Below are positions 22,014-31,330 of a DNA stretch of 46,728 nt, piece after piece. The translations under genes and the position numbers were made by a program. The DNA is taken from the sequence record SRR22947727_5003; one strand, given 5' to 3'. Under the pieces are notes generated by a model. The model had not been told where the DNA came from, did no database searches, and saw only the letters and a program-made list of their open reading frames with translations. The number at the start of each line of letters is the position of its first letter. The stretch's first letter is position 1.

Positions 22014-22519
22014 AGTCCTGCATCCTCTCGCACCCAGCGCAAGATTTCCTCGGCCAGATTGTCGACAGTCTGGTGTGAGGCGTCAAACTTTCGGCTGGCA
22101 ACCGAGTCATAGAGGTCAGCTCGCAACTCCACCAAAGCCTTCCAGGATTCAAGTCCATCTTTCAACAGAGGGCGCTTCTGGTTGTCCAGCCGAGGCGCTA
22201 CGGCTTCCGGAGAAATGGTGATCAGAGCCACGCGGTGATCCTCTAGGTCCTCTCGTGTCTGGGCATCCATGACGGCACCACCACCGAGCGCGACGACTCC
22301 ACTAGTACCCAACGCTTCGATCACCGCCAGCCGTTCTTTCTCTCGAAAGAAGGGCTCTCCCTGGGCAGCAAAAATCTCTGGAATAGGCCCCCACTGATTT
22401 ACCACGAGGGCATCGGTGTCGACGCAGCTCACCCCTAGGGCCTTCGCGAGCCTTGTGGAGACTCGTGTCTTTCCCGCGGCAGGGGGTCCAACAACCACGA
22501 CGAGCGGCGTGCTCATCAC
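22010..22519 (-). CDS. aroK: Shikimate kinase
   Basis: GPPAAGKT P-loop, DTD, GE..FRE.E, LGGG and RPLL motifs. Confidence 0.95.
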   Translation of the reverse strand: MMSTPLVVVVGPPAAGKTRVSTRLAKALGVSCVDTDALVVNQWGPIPEIFAAQGEPFFREKERLAVIEALGTSGVVALGGGAVMDAQTREDLEDHRVALITISPEAVAPRLDNQKRPLLKDGLESWKALVELRADLYDSVASRKFDASHQTVDNLAEEILRWVREDAGL

Positions 22520-23721
22520 AGCGACGAAGAACCGGGCTTGATCACGTCCGGAATGTTCTCCAGGTAGGTGCGCATGTTCCTCTGAATCTCAGAGAGCGAA
22601 TCTCCCCCAAACTTCTCCACGATGGCGTCCGCGATAACCAACATCACCATGGCCTCGGCGACAATTCCCGCGGCGGGAACAGCGCAGACATCGGAGCGTT
22701 GGTGGTGAGCGACAGCCTCATCCCCGGTGGAGGTATCGATGGTGCGAAGGGCGCGGGGCACGGTGGAGATGGGCTTCATCCCCGCGCGAACCCGAAGAGG
22801 GCCACCGGTGCTCATTCCCCCTTCAATACCGCCGGCACGCTCGCTCAAGCGCTCGACGCCCGATCCGTCGTTGACGATCTCGTCGTGGGCTTCGGAACCA
22901 CGGCGTCGGGTGGTCGTGAAACCATCACCGACCTCGACGCCTTTGATGGCCTGGATTCCCATGAGCGCCCCAGCGAGTCGTGAGTCGAGGCGACGATCCC
23001 AGTGAACGTAGGAGCCCACCCCTGGAGGCAAGCCCCTGACGACAACTTCCACAACACCACCGAGGGTGTCTCCGTCTTTGTGTGCTTGGTCGACCTCGGC
23101 GACCATGGCAACCGACGTCTCCTCGTGTGCGCAACGCAAAGGATCCTCGTCCAAGCGCCCGACATCTGCCGGACCTGGAATGACGGCATCCTCGGGGACC
23201 ATCACCGAGCCAATCGCCACCGTGTGGGACACGACAGAAACTCCGAGCTCACGGAGGAAGGCTCGTGCAACCGCGCCGAGAGCCACACGCGCCGCGGTTT
23301 CCCGCGCACTAGCGCGCTCCAAAACAGGTCTCGAGTCCTCGAAACCATACTTTTGCATACCCGCCAAGTCAGCATGACCGGGCCTGGGACGGGTGAGCGC
23401 CTGCGCGCGACCACCCTGGAGTTCTGCCGGGTCGACGGGGTGCGGACTCATCACCGTCTCCCACTTTGGCCATTCAGTGTTCTCTACTCTCAACGCGACA
23501 GGACCGCCTTGGGTAAGGCCGTGCCGAACACCACCGGAGAAACTCACGGCATCCGCCTCAAATTTCATCCTGGCACCGCGCCCATAGCCGAGCCGTCGGC
23601 GAGCGAGATCCGCCTGGACATCCTCAATCAGAAGAGGCACACCCGCGGGGAAGCCCTCAAGGACACCTATGAGTTCGGGACCGTGCGACTCACCCGCTGT
23701 TATCCATCGAAGCATTGTCAT
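22516..23721 (-). CDS. aroC: Chorismate synthase (start may be ATG at 23715)
   Basis: [35 protein letters not shown] and RSDVC motifs. Confidence 0.98.
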   Translation of the reverse strand: MTMLRWITAGESHGPELIGVLEGFPAGVPLLIEDVQADLARRRLGYGRGARMKFEADAVSFSGGVRHGLTQGGPVALRVENTEWPKWETVMSPHPVDPAELQGGRAQALTRPRPGHADLAGMQKYGFEDSRPVLERASARETAARVALGAVARAFLRELGVSVVSHTVAIGSVMVPEDAVIPGPADVGRLDEDPLRCAHEETSVAMVAEVDQAHKDGDTLGGVVEVVVRGLPPGVGSYVHWDRRLDSRLAGALMGIQAIKGVEVGDGFTTTRRRGSEAHDEIVNDGSGVERLSERAGGIEGGMSTGGPLRVRAGMKPISTVPRALRTIDTSTGDEAVAHHQRSDVCAVPAAGIVAEAMVMLVIADAIVEKFGGDSLSEIQRNMRTYLENIPDVIKPGSSSL

Positions 23722-23746
23722 ATTGTCCCATGAATCGGATCACCTA

Positions 23747-24592
23747 TTACTCAGGCGAAAGGCCGACAGCGCCTAACATTGCGGCGAATACTTTCTCTTC
23801 CTCAGGAAGAGGAAGGGTGGGATCGTTGTGGACAAACAAACGAATCTGAGCCAGTGCTTGATAGGCGAGCATCCATAGGCCAGACACCACCGGCTGGGGG
23901 GACCTTTCCCATTCCCTCGCATAGTGCGAGGGCCATGGAGAATACGCAACGTCAAACAGGGCCGCAGACTCGATAACAATGTCGGGCATGCCCGGGAGGT
24001 TTTCTTGACCTCCCGGTAACGTCGATGCAACAAGCTCAGGCGGCATGACGTTGTCCAGCTCTGAAAAATGCTGCACTTGGGTTGAAAGACCGCACTCGCG
24101 AAGGAAATACGCGCTCCGCTCAGCTCTTTCTAGCCCTCGCGCGAATATCGTGACCGAGGTTGCCCCTCGCTTCCAGAGGGCGTAGCCGACGGAGCGGGCA
24201 GTCGCTCCAGCGCCGAGAATCCAAGCTCGCTCGGCCTGAATATCAAAGCGCTCCAGCGCCTTCTCCACACCAAACGCATCGGTGTTCGAAAGCACGCGAG
24301 TCTGCCCCGAGCGATACACCGTGTTGGCGGCGTGCAGATGGTCAACAATCGAATCCCGTGGCGCGATGATGTCCAGCGCCCGCTCTTTGAGGGGCATGGT
24401 GAGGGAAATCCCCCCCAGGTGCGCGCCGACCCCCACCCAGGCAGGAATGATCAGTTCTTGTGTGACCTCGCGATAGCGATAGGTCCACGGAAGATCCATG
24501 GCGGCGTAAGCAGCCCGGTGCAGCGCAGGCGAGAGCGAATGCTCTACCGGGTCTCCCCACACCTCAAAATCGGTCTCAGCAATAGGCGCCAT
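23747..24592 (-). CDS. aroE: Shikimate dehydrogenase (start moved to ATG at 24592)
   Basis: G.PVEHSLSP.LH, SLTMPLK, NT, NTD..G, GAGATA and G..ML..QA..Q motifs. mltG-aroE-aroC synteny. Confidence 0.93.
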   Translation of the reverse strand: MAPIAETDFEVWGDPVEHSLSPALHRAAYAAMDLPWTYRYREVTQELIIPAWVGVGAHLGGISLTMPLKERALDIIAPRDSIVDHLHAANTVYRSGQTRVLSNTDAFGVEKALERFDIQAERAWILGAGATARSVGYALWKRGATSVTIFARGLERAERSAYFLRECGLSTQVQHFSELDNVMPPELVASTLPGGQENLPGMPDIVIESAALFDVAYSPWPSHYAREWERSPQPVVSGLWMLAYQALAQIRLFVHNDPTLPLPEEEKVFAAMLGAVGLSPE

Positions 24593-25760
24593 TCTCTTCA
24601 CTCTCCCTGCACCACGAGAGCCACTGTTCCACCGCGCGCAAGTGTTGCTGGTAGGTATCGGAGAACACCGTCTCACCCGTGCGCAAATCTACCGAGACGA
24701 AGTACAGCCAGTCTCCATCCGCAGGCTCCAACGCCGCGCTGATGGCGAGCTCGCCAGGGAGAGAGATCGGTCCCGCCGGTAGTCCGGTGTACACGTAGGT
24801 GTTGAACGGATTGTCAGCGTCCGCTCGATCTGCGTCGCTAGTTCCGACGCTCTCATACTTACCGGTCCAGTAGGTCACTGTGGCGTCGGATTGCAGCGGC
24901 ATGTTGATGTCAAGACGGTTCGTGAAAACCCTGGACACTCGATAGAAATCTTCATCGAAACGGGCTTCACGCTGGATGAGAGCCGCCAAAGTCAGGGTCT
25001 CGTGCCAGTCCTCTTCTGCGACACCCGCGGACGCCAGGCGACTCTTCATCTCCTCGACCATCCGAGCCACAATGTCTCCAGCCGTAGCTCCGGGCTCAAA
25101 AGTGTAGGTAGCCGGAAAGAGATACCCTTCAAGGCTTCCGTTATCAGGATTGACGCCATACAGCGAGGGGTCACTGACAGCCTCGGTCAGAGAGTCGAGG
25201 GGCAGTGAGGCCTTCTCCGCGATAATTTCGAGAGCTCGCTGCAGGATGACACCTTCGGTAATCAAAATCTCAATCTGAATCCGATTATTCGGATCTCGCA
25301 GAGCAGCAATGGCACTATCCGCCGACATTCCCGTGAGCAACCGATACGTCCCCGGTTGGAACGTGATGGTGGCGTCTTGAAGCAGAACCTCATAGACCGC
25401 CTCGAACGACGCAGTCACTCCTGCCTCGGCAAGGTTGCGGGCGACAGTTTCCCCGATATCTCCGGGGTTGACAACTATTTCGATAGCGGGTTCCGCTCCC
25501 CCGCCCTCAAAGTTCGGCACCTCTTCTTGGGCAAAGTAGTCCACAATTCGCGTGCCGTACTCATTCCACAGCAGCCACACACCAGTCCCCGACAGCACCA
25601 GAATCGCGAGTGCCACCCCCGCGAAGATTCGCTTGCCCCAACCGCCTCTGGCTGGATCTCTGCGCGGGCGTGCTTGCTCGCGCGGACGCAGGGGACCTGC
25701 CTCAGGTTGCTCACCAGGAAGGGTGTTGAAAATCTTGTCGAAATCAGAGTCGCTAGTCAT
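24576..25760 (-). CDS. mltG: Endolytic transglycosylase MltG (YceG family)
   Basis: Single N-terminal transmembrane helix, LEGYLFPATY, ALIQRE, NRL...MPLQSDAT, NTY...GLP.GPI..PG and LYFV motifs. Confidence 0.95.
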   Translation of the reverse strand: MTSDSDFDKIFNTLPGEQPEAGPLRPREQARPRRDPARGGWGKRIFAGVALAILVLSGTGVWLLWNEYGTRIVDYFAQEEVPNFEGGGAEPAIEIVVNPGDIGETVARNLAEAGVTASFEAVYEVLLQDATITFQPGTYRLLTGMSADSAIAALRDPNNRIQIEILITEGVILQRALEIIAEKASLPLDSLTEAVSDPSLYGVNPDNGSLEGYLFPATYTFEPGATAGDIVARMVEEMKSRLASAGVAEEDWHETLTLAALIQREARFDEDFYRVSRVFTNRLDINMPLQSDATVTYWTGKYESVGTSDADRADADNPFNTYVYTGLPAGPISLPGELAISAALEPADGDWLYFVSVDLRTGETVFSDTYQQHLRAVEQWLSWCRESEENGAYC

Positions 25761-26217
25761 TGCTCAAGCCGTTCACATCAACCTGATGTCCCGGCGCCAC
25801 CCCCTGAGCTCGCTCACTGTCCAGCGCATGTTGCAAAAGGATAACAGCGGCAGCCTGGTCGATGACTCCTCGCTGAGATTTCCTGGACCTACCCGCCTCA
25901 CGGAAACCAGCTTGAGCTTGAACCGTAGAGAGTCGCTCGTCCACCATCCGCACTGTAACAGAGACGTGGTGAGCCAACTGTCGCGCAAATGCCTCGGCGT
26001 CTTCGGTGGAGGCGGTGGCGGATCCGGAAAGTCCGAGGGGCAGACCAACAATCACCTCAAGGGGTTGAAGATCGTCTACCAGCGTGGCAAGGGAGGCAAG
26101 GGCCGACTCCCTGGCAAGCGTCTCCACCGGCACCGCCAACAGTCCCTCCGCATCGCTGCGGGCTATACCGACTCGGACAGTTCCGACGTCGACACCCAGC
26201 CTGGGACCTTTCCTCAC
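25753..26217 (-). CDS. ruvX: YqgF/RuvX RNase H-fold nuclease (pre-16S rRNA processing / putative resolvase)
   Basis: LGVDVG.VRVG.A.SD, VGLP, DERLST and IDQAAA..LLQ motifs. alaS-ruvX-mltG synteny. Confidence 0.95.
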   Translation of the reverse strand: MRKGPRLGVDVGTVRVGIARSDAEGLLAVPVETLARESALASLATLVDDLQPLEVIVGLPLGLSGSATASTEDAEAFARQLAHHVSVTVRMVDERLSTVQAQAGFREAGRSRKSQRGVIDQAAAVILLQHALDSERAQGVAPGHQVDVNGLSND

Positions 26218-28874
26218 CTCAGCGAATCCACTGCGCTCTGAACATCCCGAAGTGCCAGCGCAAGAGCAGAGCCCTCAGGTCCACCGCCCTGGGCTAGCTG
26301 AGGTTTACCTCCCCCACCACCACCCATGGTCGCGGAGGCAGCTTCGACCAGGTCCCCTGCGTGAGCTCCCATTGCAACGGCTTCGGGTGATGCTGCAACG
26401 ACGATAGTTCCGCGACCGTCAATGGAGGCTCCCAGCGCCACCAGGTGTGGCCCTGCGGCCAGAGCCGATGCCACGGATGATGTCAGAGACCGAAGCTCAT
26501 CAGCGCTGTGAACACCGGTCACTTCGGCAACCACGGAAGACACAGCGCCATCGCGCACCTGGGCAGCCAACGAGGGAACCATCGCGTTGAGTCCCGCTGC
26601 GCCGGCTTGGGAGACCTTCTTCTCCAAGGACTTAACCTGCGTGACCAGTTCTTCAACCCGCGAGGGGATTTCCTCCCTGGGCGTCTTGAGCAGGCTGGTC
26701 AGCTTACGGATGAGCGCTTTCTCGACAGAGAAATTTTCCACCGCCGCCTGGCCGACGAGCGCTTCGATGCGCCGTGCGGTGGAGCTGACTGATGACTCCC
26801 CCAGAATCGTCACAACACCTATCTGTGACGAGCGGCCAACGTGTGTTCCCGCGCAAAGCTCTCGCGACCAAGGACCACCGATGTCCACCATACGAACCGT
26901 CTCACCGTACTTCTCGCCAAAGAGCGCCATAGCTCCGAGAGATTTGGCTTCGCCGACCGGGAGAATCCGTGTGGTCACGTCAAGGTCGTCTCGGATCGCC
27001 TGGTTCACGATGGACTCGATCGCGACCTCGGCGTCTTCCGAAAGAGCCTGGTTCCAGGAAAAGTCGAGGCGCATATATCCAGCCCGGTTCAGCGACCCCG
27101 CCTGGGTCGCATGGGGACCCAAGGTGTCCCGAAGGGCAGCGTGAACAAGGTGGGTCGCGGAGTGGGCGCGCTGTCCCTCAGATCGGGTGGGAGCGTCAAC
27201 CTCAGCCACCACTGTTTCCCCCACTGACAGCTCACCAGCGTCGATGGTAACGGTGTGACTGATGAGACCGGGAATCGGCTTTTGAACGTCCAGCACTCGA
27301 GCGGTTCCGCCCTCACCCCTCAGGGAGCCAGCATCAGAGACTTGCCCACCGGATTCCGCATAGAGAGGGGTGGAGGCCAGAATAACTTCAACCTGCTGGC
27401 CCTGCGAGGCAGACGCCACGCTCTGACCATCATGGAGTATTCCGAGAATTTCCGACTCGATTTGGAGAGTGTCGTAACCCGTAAAAACTGTTTCACCAGA
27501 CGCCCTGAACTCTCGATATACCGACAGATCGGCCAGAGCCGACTTCTTCGACCGTGCGTCAGATTTGGCCCTCGTCCTCTGTTCCGCCATCAGAGCGTCA
27601 AAGCTCTCTCTATCCACAGTGAGGCCGGACTCTTCCGCAATTTCCAGCGTCAGATCAATCGGAAAACCATAGGTGTCATGGAGCAAGAACGCAGTATCAC
27701 CAGCGAGTGCCGACTGTCCCGCTGTCCGTGTTTCTCCTACTGCCACATCGAGGATCGATGTTCCCGCCTCAAGGGTCCGAAGGAAAGACTCCTCCTCCGC
27801 AGTGGCGAGCGCTGCAACGCGGTCATATTCTGCGGCCACGTCAGGGTACGCGCTGGACATGGCGTCCCTCGATGCAGCAAAAAGCCCAGGGAAGCTGGCT
27901 TCATGGACCCCCAGGAGTCGCATGGACCGAATGCTGCGTCGCAGCAGTCTCCGCAGGACATACCCTCGACCGTCATTGGAGGGGACAACGCCATCGGTCA
28001 TCAGCATCAGGGATGACCGTATGTGGTCCGCGATGACGCGCATGCGGACATCGTCGTCCTGGTCTGCCCCATAGCGACGACCGGAAAGCTCGGACGCAAC
28101 GTCGAGAACAGGTCGAACCTGATCAATCTCGTACATGTTCGCTACACCCTGCTTCAGGAACGCGACACGTTCCATGCCCATACCGGTATCGATGTTCTTC
28201 TGGGGCAGCTCCCCCACGATGTCGAAATCGACTTTGCTGCGAACATTCTCAATCTCGTACTGCATGAACACGAGGTTCCAAATTTCGACGTACCTCGTGT
28301 CGTCGACCGCTGGCCCGCCGTCAGGGCCAAATTCCGGACCTCTATCGAAATAGATCTCCGAGCAGGGCCCAGCGGGGCCGGGTTGGCCGGTGGACCAATA
28401 GTTGTCGGCCCGCCCCATGCGTTGAATCCTCTGAGCGGGGACGCCCGCTATCTCTCTCCAGAGTTTCTCTGCCTCATCGTCTTCTTCGTAGACGGTGACC
28501 CACAGGTCTTTCTCGTCGAATCCAAGCCCACCGTCAGCTTCAGAGGTGGTGAGCAGTTCCCAGGCGTACCCGATCGCGCCCTCTTTGAAGTAATCCCCGA
28601 ACGAGAAATTGCCATTCATTTGAAAGAAGGTGCCGTGACGGGTTGTCTTGCCTACCTCTTCAATATCCAGTGTCCTGATGCACTTCTGGACACTAGTAGC
28701 ACGGGGGTACGGAGCTGGCACAACACCGGTCAAGTAAGGGATGAAGGGAACCATCCCCGCGACCGTGAACATAAGAGTGGGGTCATCGCTCACAAGGGAG
28801 GCAGAGGGCACGACCGTATGGCCTCGATCACCAAAAAATGTCAACCAGCGCTGCTGAATATCGGCGGTTTCCAT
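26214..28874 (-). CDS. alaS: Alanine--tRNA ligase
   Basis: DPTLMFT.AGM, RH.TFFQM.GNFSFGDYFK, IDTGMG.ER, editing motifs HSATH and ELCAGTH, and C-terminal GGGGGK...AQGG. Confidence 0.99.
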   Translation of the reverse strand: METADIQQRWLTFFGDRGHTVVPSASLVSDDPTLMFTVAGMVPFIPYLTGVVPAPYPRATSVQKCIRTLDIEEVGKTTRHGTFFQMNGNFSFGDYFKEGAIGYAWELLTTSEADGGLGFDEKDLWVTVYEEDDEAEKLWREIAGVPAQRIQRMGRADNYWSTGQPGPAGPCSEIYFDRGPEFGPDGGPAVDDTRYVEIWNLVFMQYEIENVRSKVDFDIVGELPQKNIDTGMGMERVAFLKQGVANMYEIDQVRPVLDVASELSGRRYGADQDDDVRMRVIADHIRSSLMLMTDGVVPSNDGRGYVLRRLLRRSIRSMRLLGVHEASFPGLFAASRDAMSSAYPDVAAEYDRVAALATAEEESFLRTLEAGTSILDVAVGETRTAGQSALAGDTAFLLHDTYGFPIDLTLEIAEESGLTVDRESFDALMAEQRTRAKSDARSKKSALADLSVYREFRASGETVFTGYDTLQIESEILGILHDGQSVASASQGQQVEVILASTPLYAESGGQVSDAGSLRGEGGTARVLDVQKPIPGLISHTVTIDAGELSVGETVVAEVDAPTRSEGQRAHSATHLVHAALRDTLGPHATQAGSLNRAGYMRLDFSWNQALSEDAEVAIESIVNQAIRDDLDVTTRILPVGEAKSLGAMALFGEKYGETVRMVDIGGPWSRELCAGTHVGRSSQIGVVTILGESSVSSTARRIEALVGQAAVENFSVEKALIRKLTSLLKTPREEIPSRVEELVTQVKSLEKKVSQAGAAGLNAMVPSLAAQVRDGAVSSVVAEVTGVHSADELRSLTSSVASALAAGPHLVALGASIDGRGTIVVAASPEAVAMGAHAGDLVEAASATMGGGGGGKPQLAQGGGPEGSALALALRDVQSAVDSLR

Positions 28875-28895
28875 GGTGAGACTTCCCCCGCAGCC

Positions 28896-29051
28896 CTACT
28901 GGCGGTAGGCGTCTTTAACGCCCTCGGTAAAGGTTTCGAGCGTGGCTCTTGACCGAGCGAAGAAAGCACGACCCTCGGGAGTCTCGTTCAACACGTGAGC
29001 AATGACAAACCCAGAAACCACTCCCAGAAGTGCCGCAACAAACTTTCCCAT
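28896..29051 (-). CDS. 51-aa membrane-anchored protein (below the ORF-track cutoff)
   Basis: Manual translation: MGKFVAALLGVVSGFVIAHVLNETPEGRAFFARSRATLETFTEGVKDAYRQ*. SD-like GAGGGAGGAAAG upstream and candidate -10 TAGGCT at 29072-29077. Confidence 0.8.
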   Translation of the reverse strand: MGKFVAALLGVVSGFVIAHVLNETPEGRAFFARSRATLETFTEGVKDAYRQ

Positions 29052-29093
29052 CGCTCTTTCCTCCCTCGCTAAGCCTAGAACACCCCAGACACA

Positions 29094-29127
29094 ACGGTGG
29101 TGGGGAAGAAATCTCCCCCACCACCGT
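29094..29127 (-). terminator. Strong hairpin after rpsD (probable intrinsic terminator, weak U-tract)
   Basis: ACGGTGGTGGGG-GAGATTTCTT-CCCCACCACCGT is a perfect 12-bp inverted repeat (15 bp including one G-U pair), 11 nt after the rpsD stop. Confidence 0.8.
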
Positions 29128-29138
29128 GTGACAGGAAT

Positions 29139-29768
29139 TTAGCGTGCGGCGTAGTACTCCACGACTAACTGCACGTCACAGGTCACAGGGACCTCGGCAC
29201 GCTTGGGGCGACGGAGAAGAACAGCCTGAAGCTTGTCGATTTCCACCTCGAGGTAACCGGGCACGGGAGGCAGCACATCAACGTGTGCGCCCGCTGCTGC
29301 AACCTGGAAGGGCTCCATCTCTTCGCTGCGTGGCTTCACGTGAATCATCTGACCGGGCTTGACGCGGAACGACGGACGGTCCACCAATTCTCCATTGACG
29401 AGGATGTGGCGGTGCACAACCATCTGGCGCGCCTGAGCCGTGGTGCGAGCAAAGCCCGAACGAAGAACGAGAGCATCAAGACGCATCTCCAAAAGCTCGA
29501 CGAGGTTCTCACCACTCAGACCCTGGGTCTTACGGGCTTCTTCAAAGACGCGGCGAAGCTGTGCCTCACGGATACCGTACTGGGCGCGCAGACGCTGCTT
29601 TTCGCGCAGACGGACGGCGTAGTCACTGTCGGTCTTGCGCTTGGTGCGACCGTGCTCACCGGGAGCATACGGACGCTTTTCGAGGTACTTGGCTGCCTTC
29701 GGCGTGAGCGGAATACCCAGCGCGCGGGACAGGCGGGTTTTGCTTCTGGTGCGTGAACGAGTCGACAC
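29139..29768 (-). CDS. rpsD: 30S ribosomal protein S4
   Basis: R.SR.LG, PGEHG, SDY..RLREKQRLR.QYG, LE.RLD.LV.R.GFA.T..QARQ.V.HRHI.VNG..VD.PS and VVEYY motifs. AAGGAG SD. Confidence 0.98.
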   Translation of the reverse strand: MSTRSRTRSKTRLSRALGIPLTPKAAKYLEKRPYAPGEHGRTKRKTDSDYAVRLREKQRLRAQYGIREAQLRRVFEEARKTQGLSGENLVELLEMRLDALVLRSGFARTTAQARQMVVHRHILVNGELVDRPSFRVKPGQMIHVKPRSEEMEPFQVAAAGAHVDVLPPVPGYLEVEIDKLQAVLLRRPKRAEVPVTCDVQLVVEYYAAR

Positions 29769-29933
29769 GAAAAATTTCTCCTTGGTAACGGGGTCGATGC
29801 CGGAGCATCACAACAAATCCAAACGTGAGGGATTATGTCTATCGAAAGACGCGGCTACAGCGACCTTTCTGAAGATCCCAGGCTCCGCAGCCGCACGAAG
29901 TTAGGGTCTCAGACCAGAGGCAAAAGTACCACA
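29769..29933 (-). promoter_or_regulatory. rpsD promoter (extended -10 TGnTACTTT, 29923-29931) and ~145-nt structured 5' leader
   Basis: Largest gene-free gap in the window. It holds several short helices, including a 10-bp GCGGCUGCGG/CUGUAGCCGC stem. Confidence 0.6.
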
Positions 29934-29948
29934 GAACTAGAGGTTTCC

Positions 29949-31268
29949 CTAGTCCGTGTTGCCTCGAAGAATGTCCCTGATGTGTCGCGAGCGTTCCTGC
30001 AACTCCCGCTCGAGACCCCTCGGGACAGGTCGGTAATAGTGAGCATCCAGCAAAGTGTCAGGTGCATAGCTCTGCGGGACGATGCCCGCCGCGTCATCAT
30101 GGGGATAGCGATATCCCTGCCCGTGGCCCAGACTGCTGGAACCGGGGTAATGAGCGTCTCGTAATGGGGCCGGGACCTCGCCAGACCTACCCTCTCTAAT
30201 GTCGCGCTGAGCCTCATTAATCCCCACATAGGCAGAGTTGGATTTCGGAGCTAAGGCGAGATAAACGGTGGCTTCTGCGAGCGGGATACGCCCCTCGGGC
30301 ATTCCGATGAGGGCCACGGCTTGAGCTGCGGACACCGCCAAGGTCAATGCTTGAGGATCTGCCAGGCCAATGTCCTCGGAGGCCAGAATGATGAGTCGAC
30401 GCGCGATAAAGCGCGGGTCCTCACCCGCCTCAATCATGCGGGCGAGATAGTGAAGGGCTGCGTCCGCATCACTGCCACGGACGGACTTGATGAAAGCGCT
30501 AATTACGTCATAGTGCTGATCTCCCCCGGAGTCATAGCGCACGAGCGCTCGATCGACAGCAAGAGCCACGTGTTCGGGATCAATCGTGGATACTCCCCCG
30601 GCGCTGGCCACAGCCGCACTTGCTTCCAGCGCGGTCAGGGCCTTTCTGGCATCTCCTCCTGCTATCCGAACCAGATCCTCTCGTGCATCGTCGTCGAGGG
30701 TAAACGCTCCGGCAAGCCCTCTGGGATCAGCAACGGCCCGATCGAGAACGTCCCGTATATGGTCTGGACCCAAAGGCTTCAAGGTGATGAGCAATGAGCG
30801 ACTCAGCAGTGGTGAAATGACCGAAAACGACGGGTTCTCGGTCGTTGCTGCGATGAGCACCACAAGGCCGTTTTCTACTCCGGGGAGAAGTGCGTCTTGT
30901 TGAGCTTTGGAGAAGCGGTGAATCTCATCCAAGAACAACACGGGCGCGCGGCCCGAGAGCTCTCCTTCCACTCGCGCATCGCTCATCACATCGCGGACGT
31001 CTTTCACACCCGCGGTGACCGCAGAAAGCTCGACAAACTTCCGCCCTGAGGATCGAGCAATCACGCTCGCAAGAGTCGTCTTGCCTGTGCCAGGTGGGCC
31101 CCACAAAATCACGGAGCTTCCTGGGCCTTCGCGCTCTGGGTCCGCAAGCATGCGCAGCGGACTTCCCGCACTCAGGACGTGATCCTGCCCGATGACCTCG
31201 TCAACGCTGGTGGGGCGAAGGGCAACAGCCAGGGGAACCGGTGCGCGAAACAACGAGTCGCTGGACAT
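29949..31268 (-). CDS. rarA: Replication-associated recombination protein A (MgsA/RarA AAA+ ATPase)
   Basis: PLA..LRP, WGPPGTGKTT, LDEIHRF.KAQQD.LLP, ATTENP, HYDVISAFIKS.RGSD and SEDIGLADP motifs. Start ATG 31268 sits 6 nt after TAGCAT. Confidence 0.96.
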   Translation of the reverse strand: MSSDSLFRAPVPLAVALRPTSVDEVIGQDHVLSAGSPLRMLADPEREGPGSSVILWGPPGTGKTTLASVIARSSGRKFVELSAVTAGVKDVRDVMSDARVEGELSGRAPVLFLDEIHRFSKAQQDALLPGVENGLVVLIAATTENPSFSVISPLLSRSLLITLKPLGPDHIRDVLDRAVADPRGLAGAFTLDDDAREDLVRIAGGDARKALTALEASAAVASAGGVSTIDPEHVALAVDRALVRYDSGGDQHYDVISAFIKSVRGSDADAALHYLARMIEAGEDPRFIARRLIILASEDIGLADPQALTLAVSAAQAVALIGMPEGRIPLAEATVYLALAPKSNSAYVGINEAQRDIREGRSGEVPAPLRDAHYPGSSSLGHGQGYRYPHDDAAGIVPQSYAPDTLLDAHYYRPVPRGLERELQERSRHIRDILRGNTD

Positions 31269-31330
31269 CACATCATGCTAGCGAGGTCCCACCTCTAGGA
31301 TGAGAAGGTTATTTAGAGGGAGAACCAACT

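Noticed and set aside
28915..29124. 69-aa minus-strand ORF between rpsD and alaS
   Set aside because: It starts inside the terminator hairpin and has implausible composition. The 51-aa ORF at 28896-29051 in another frame has an SD and a promoter.
29094..29127. Inverted repeat considered as a MITE, REP or CRISPR repeat
   Set aside because: I saw only one copy, with no spacers or target-site duplication. Its position after rpsD fits a terminator.
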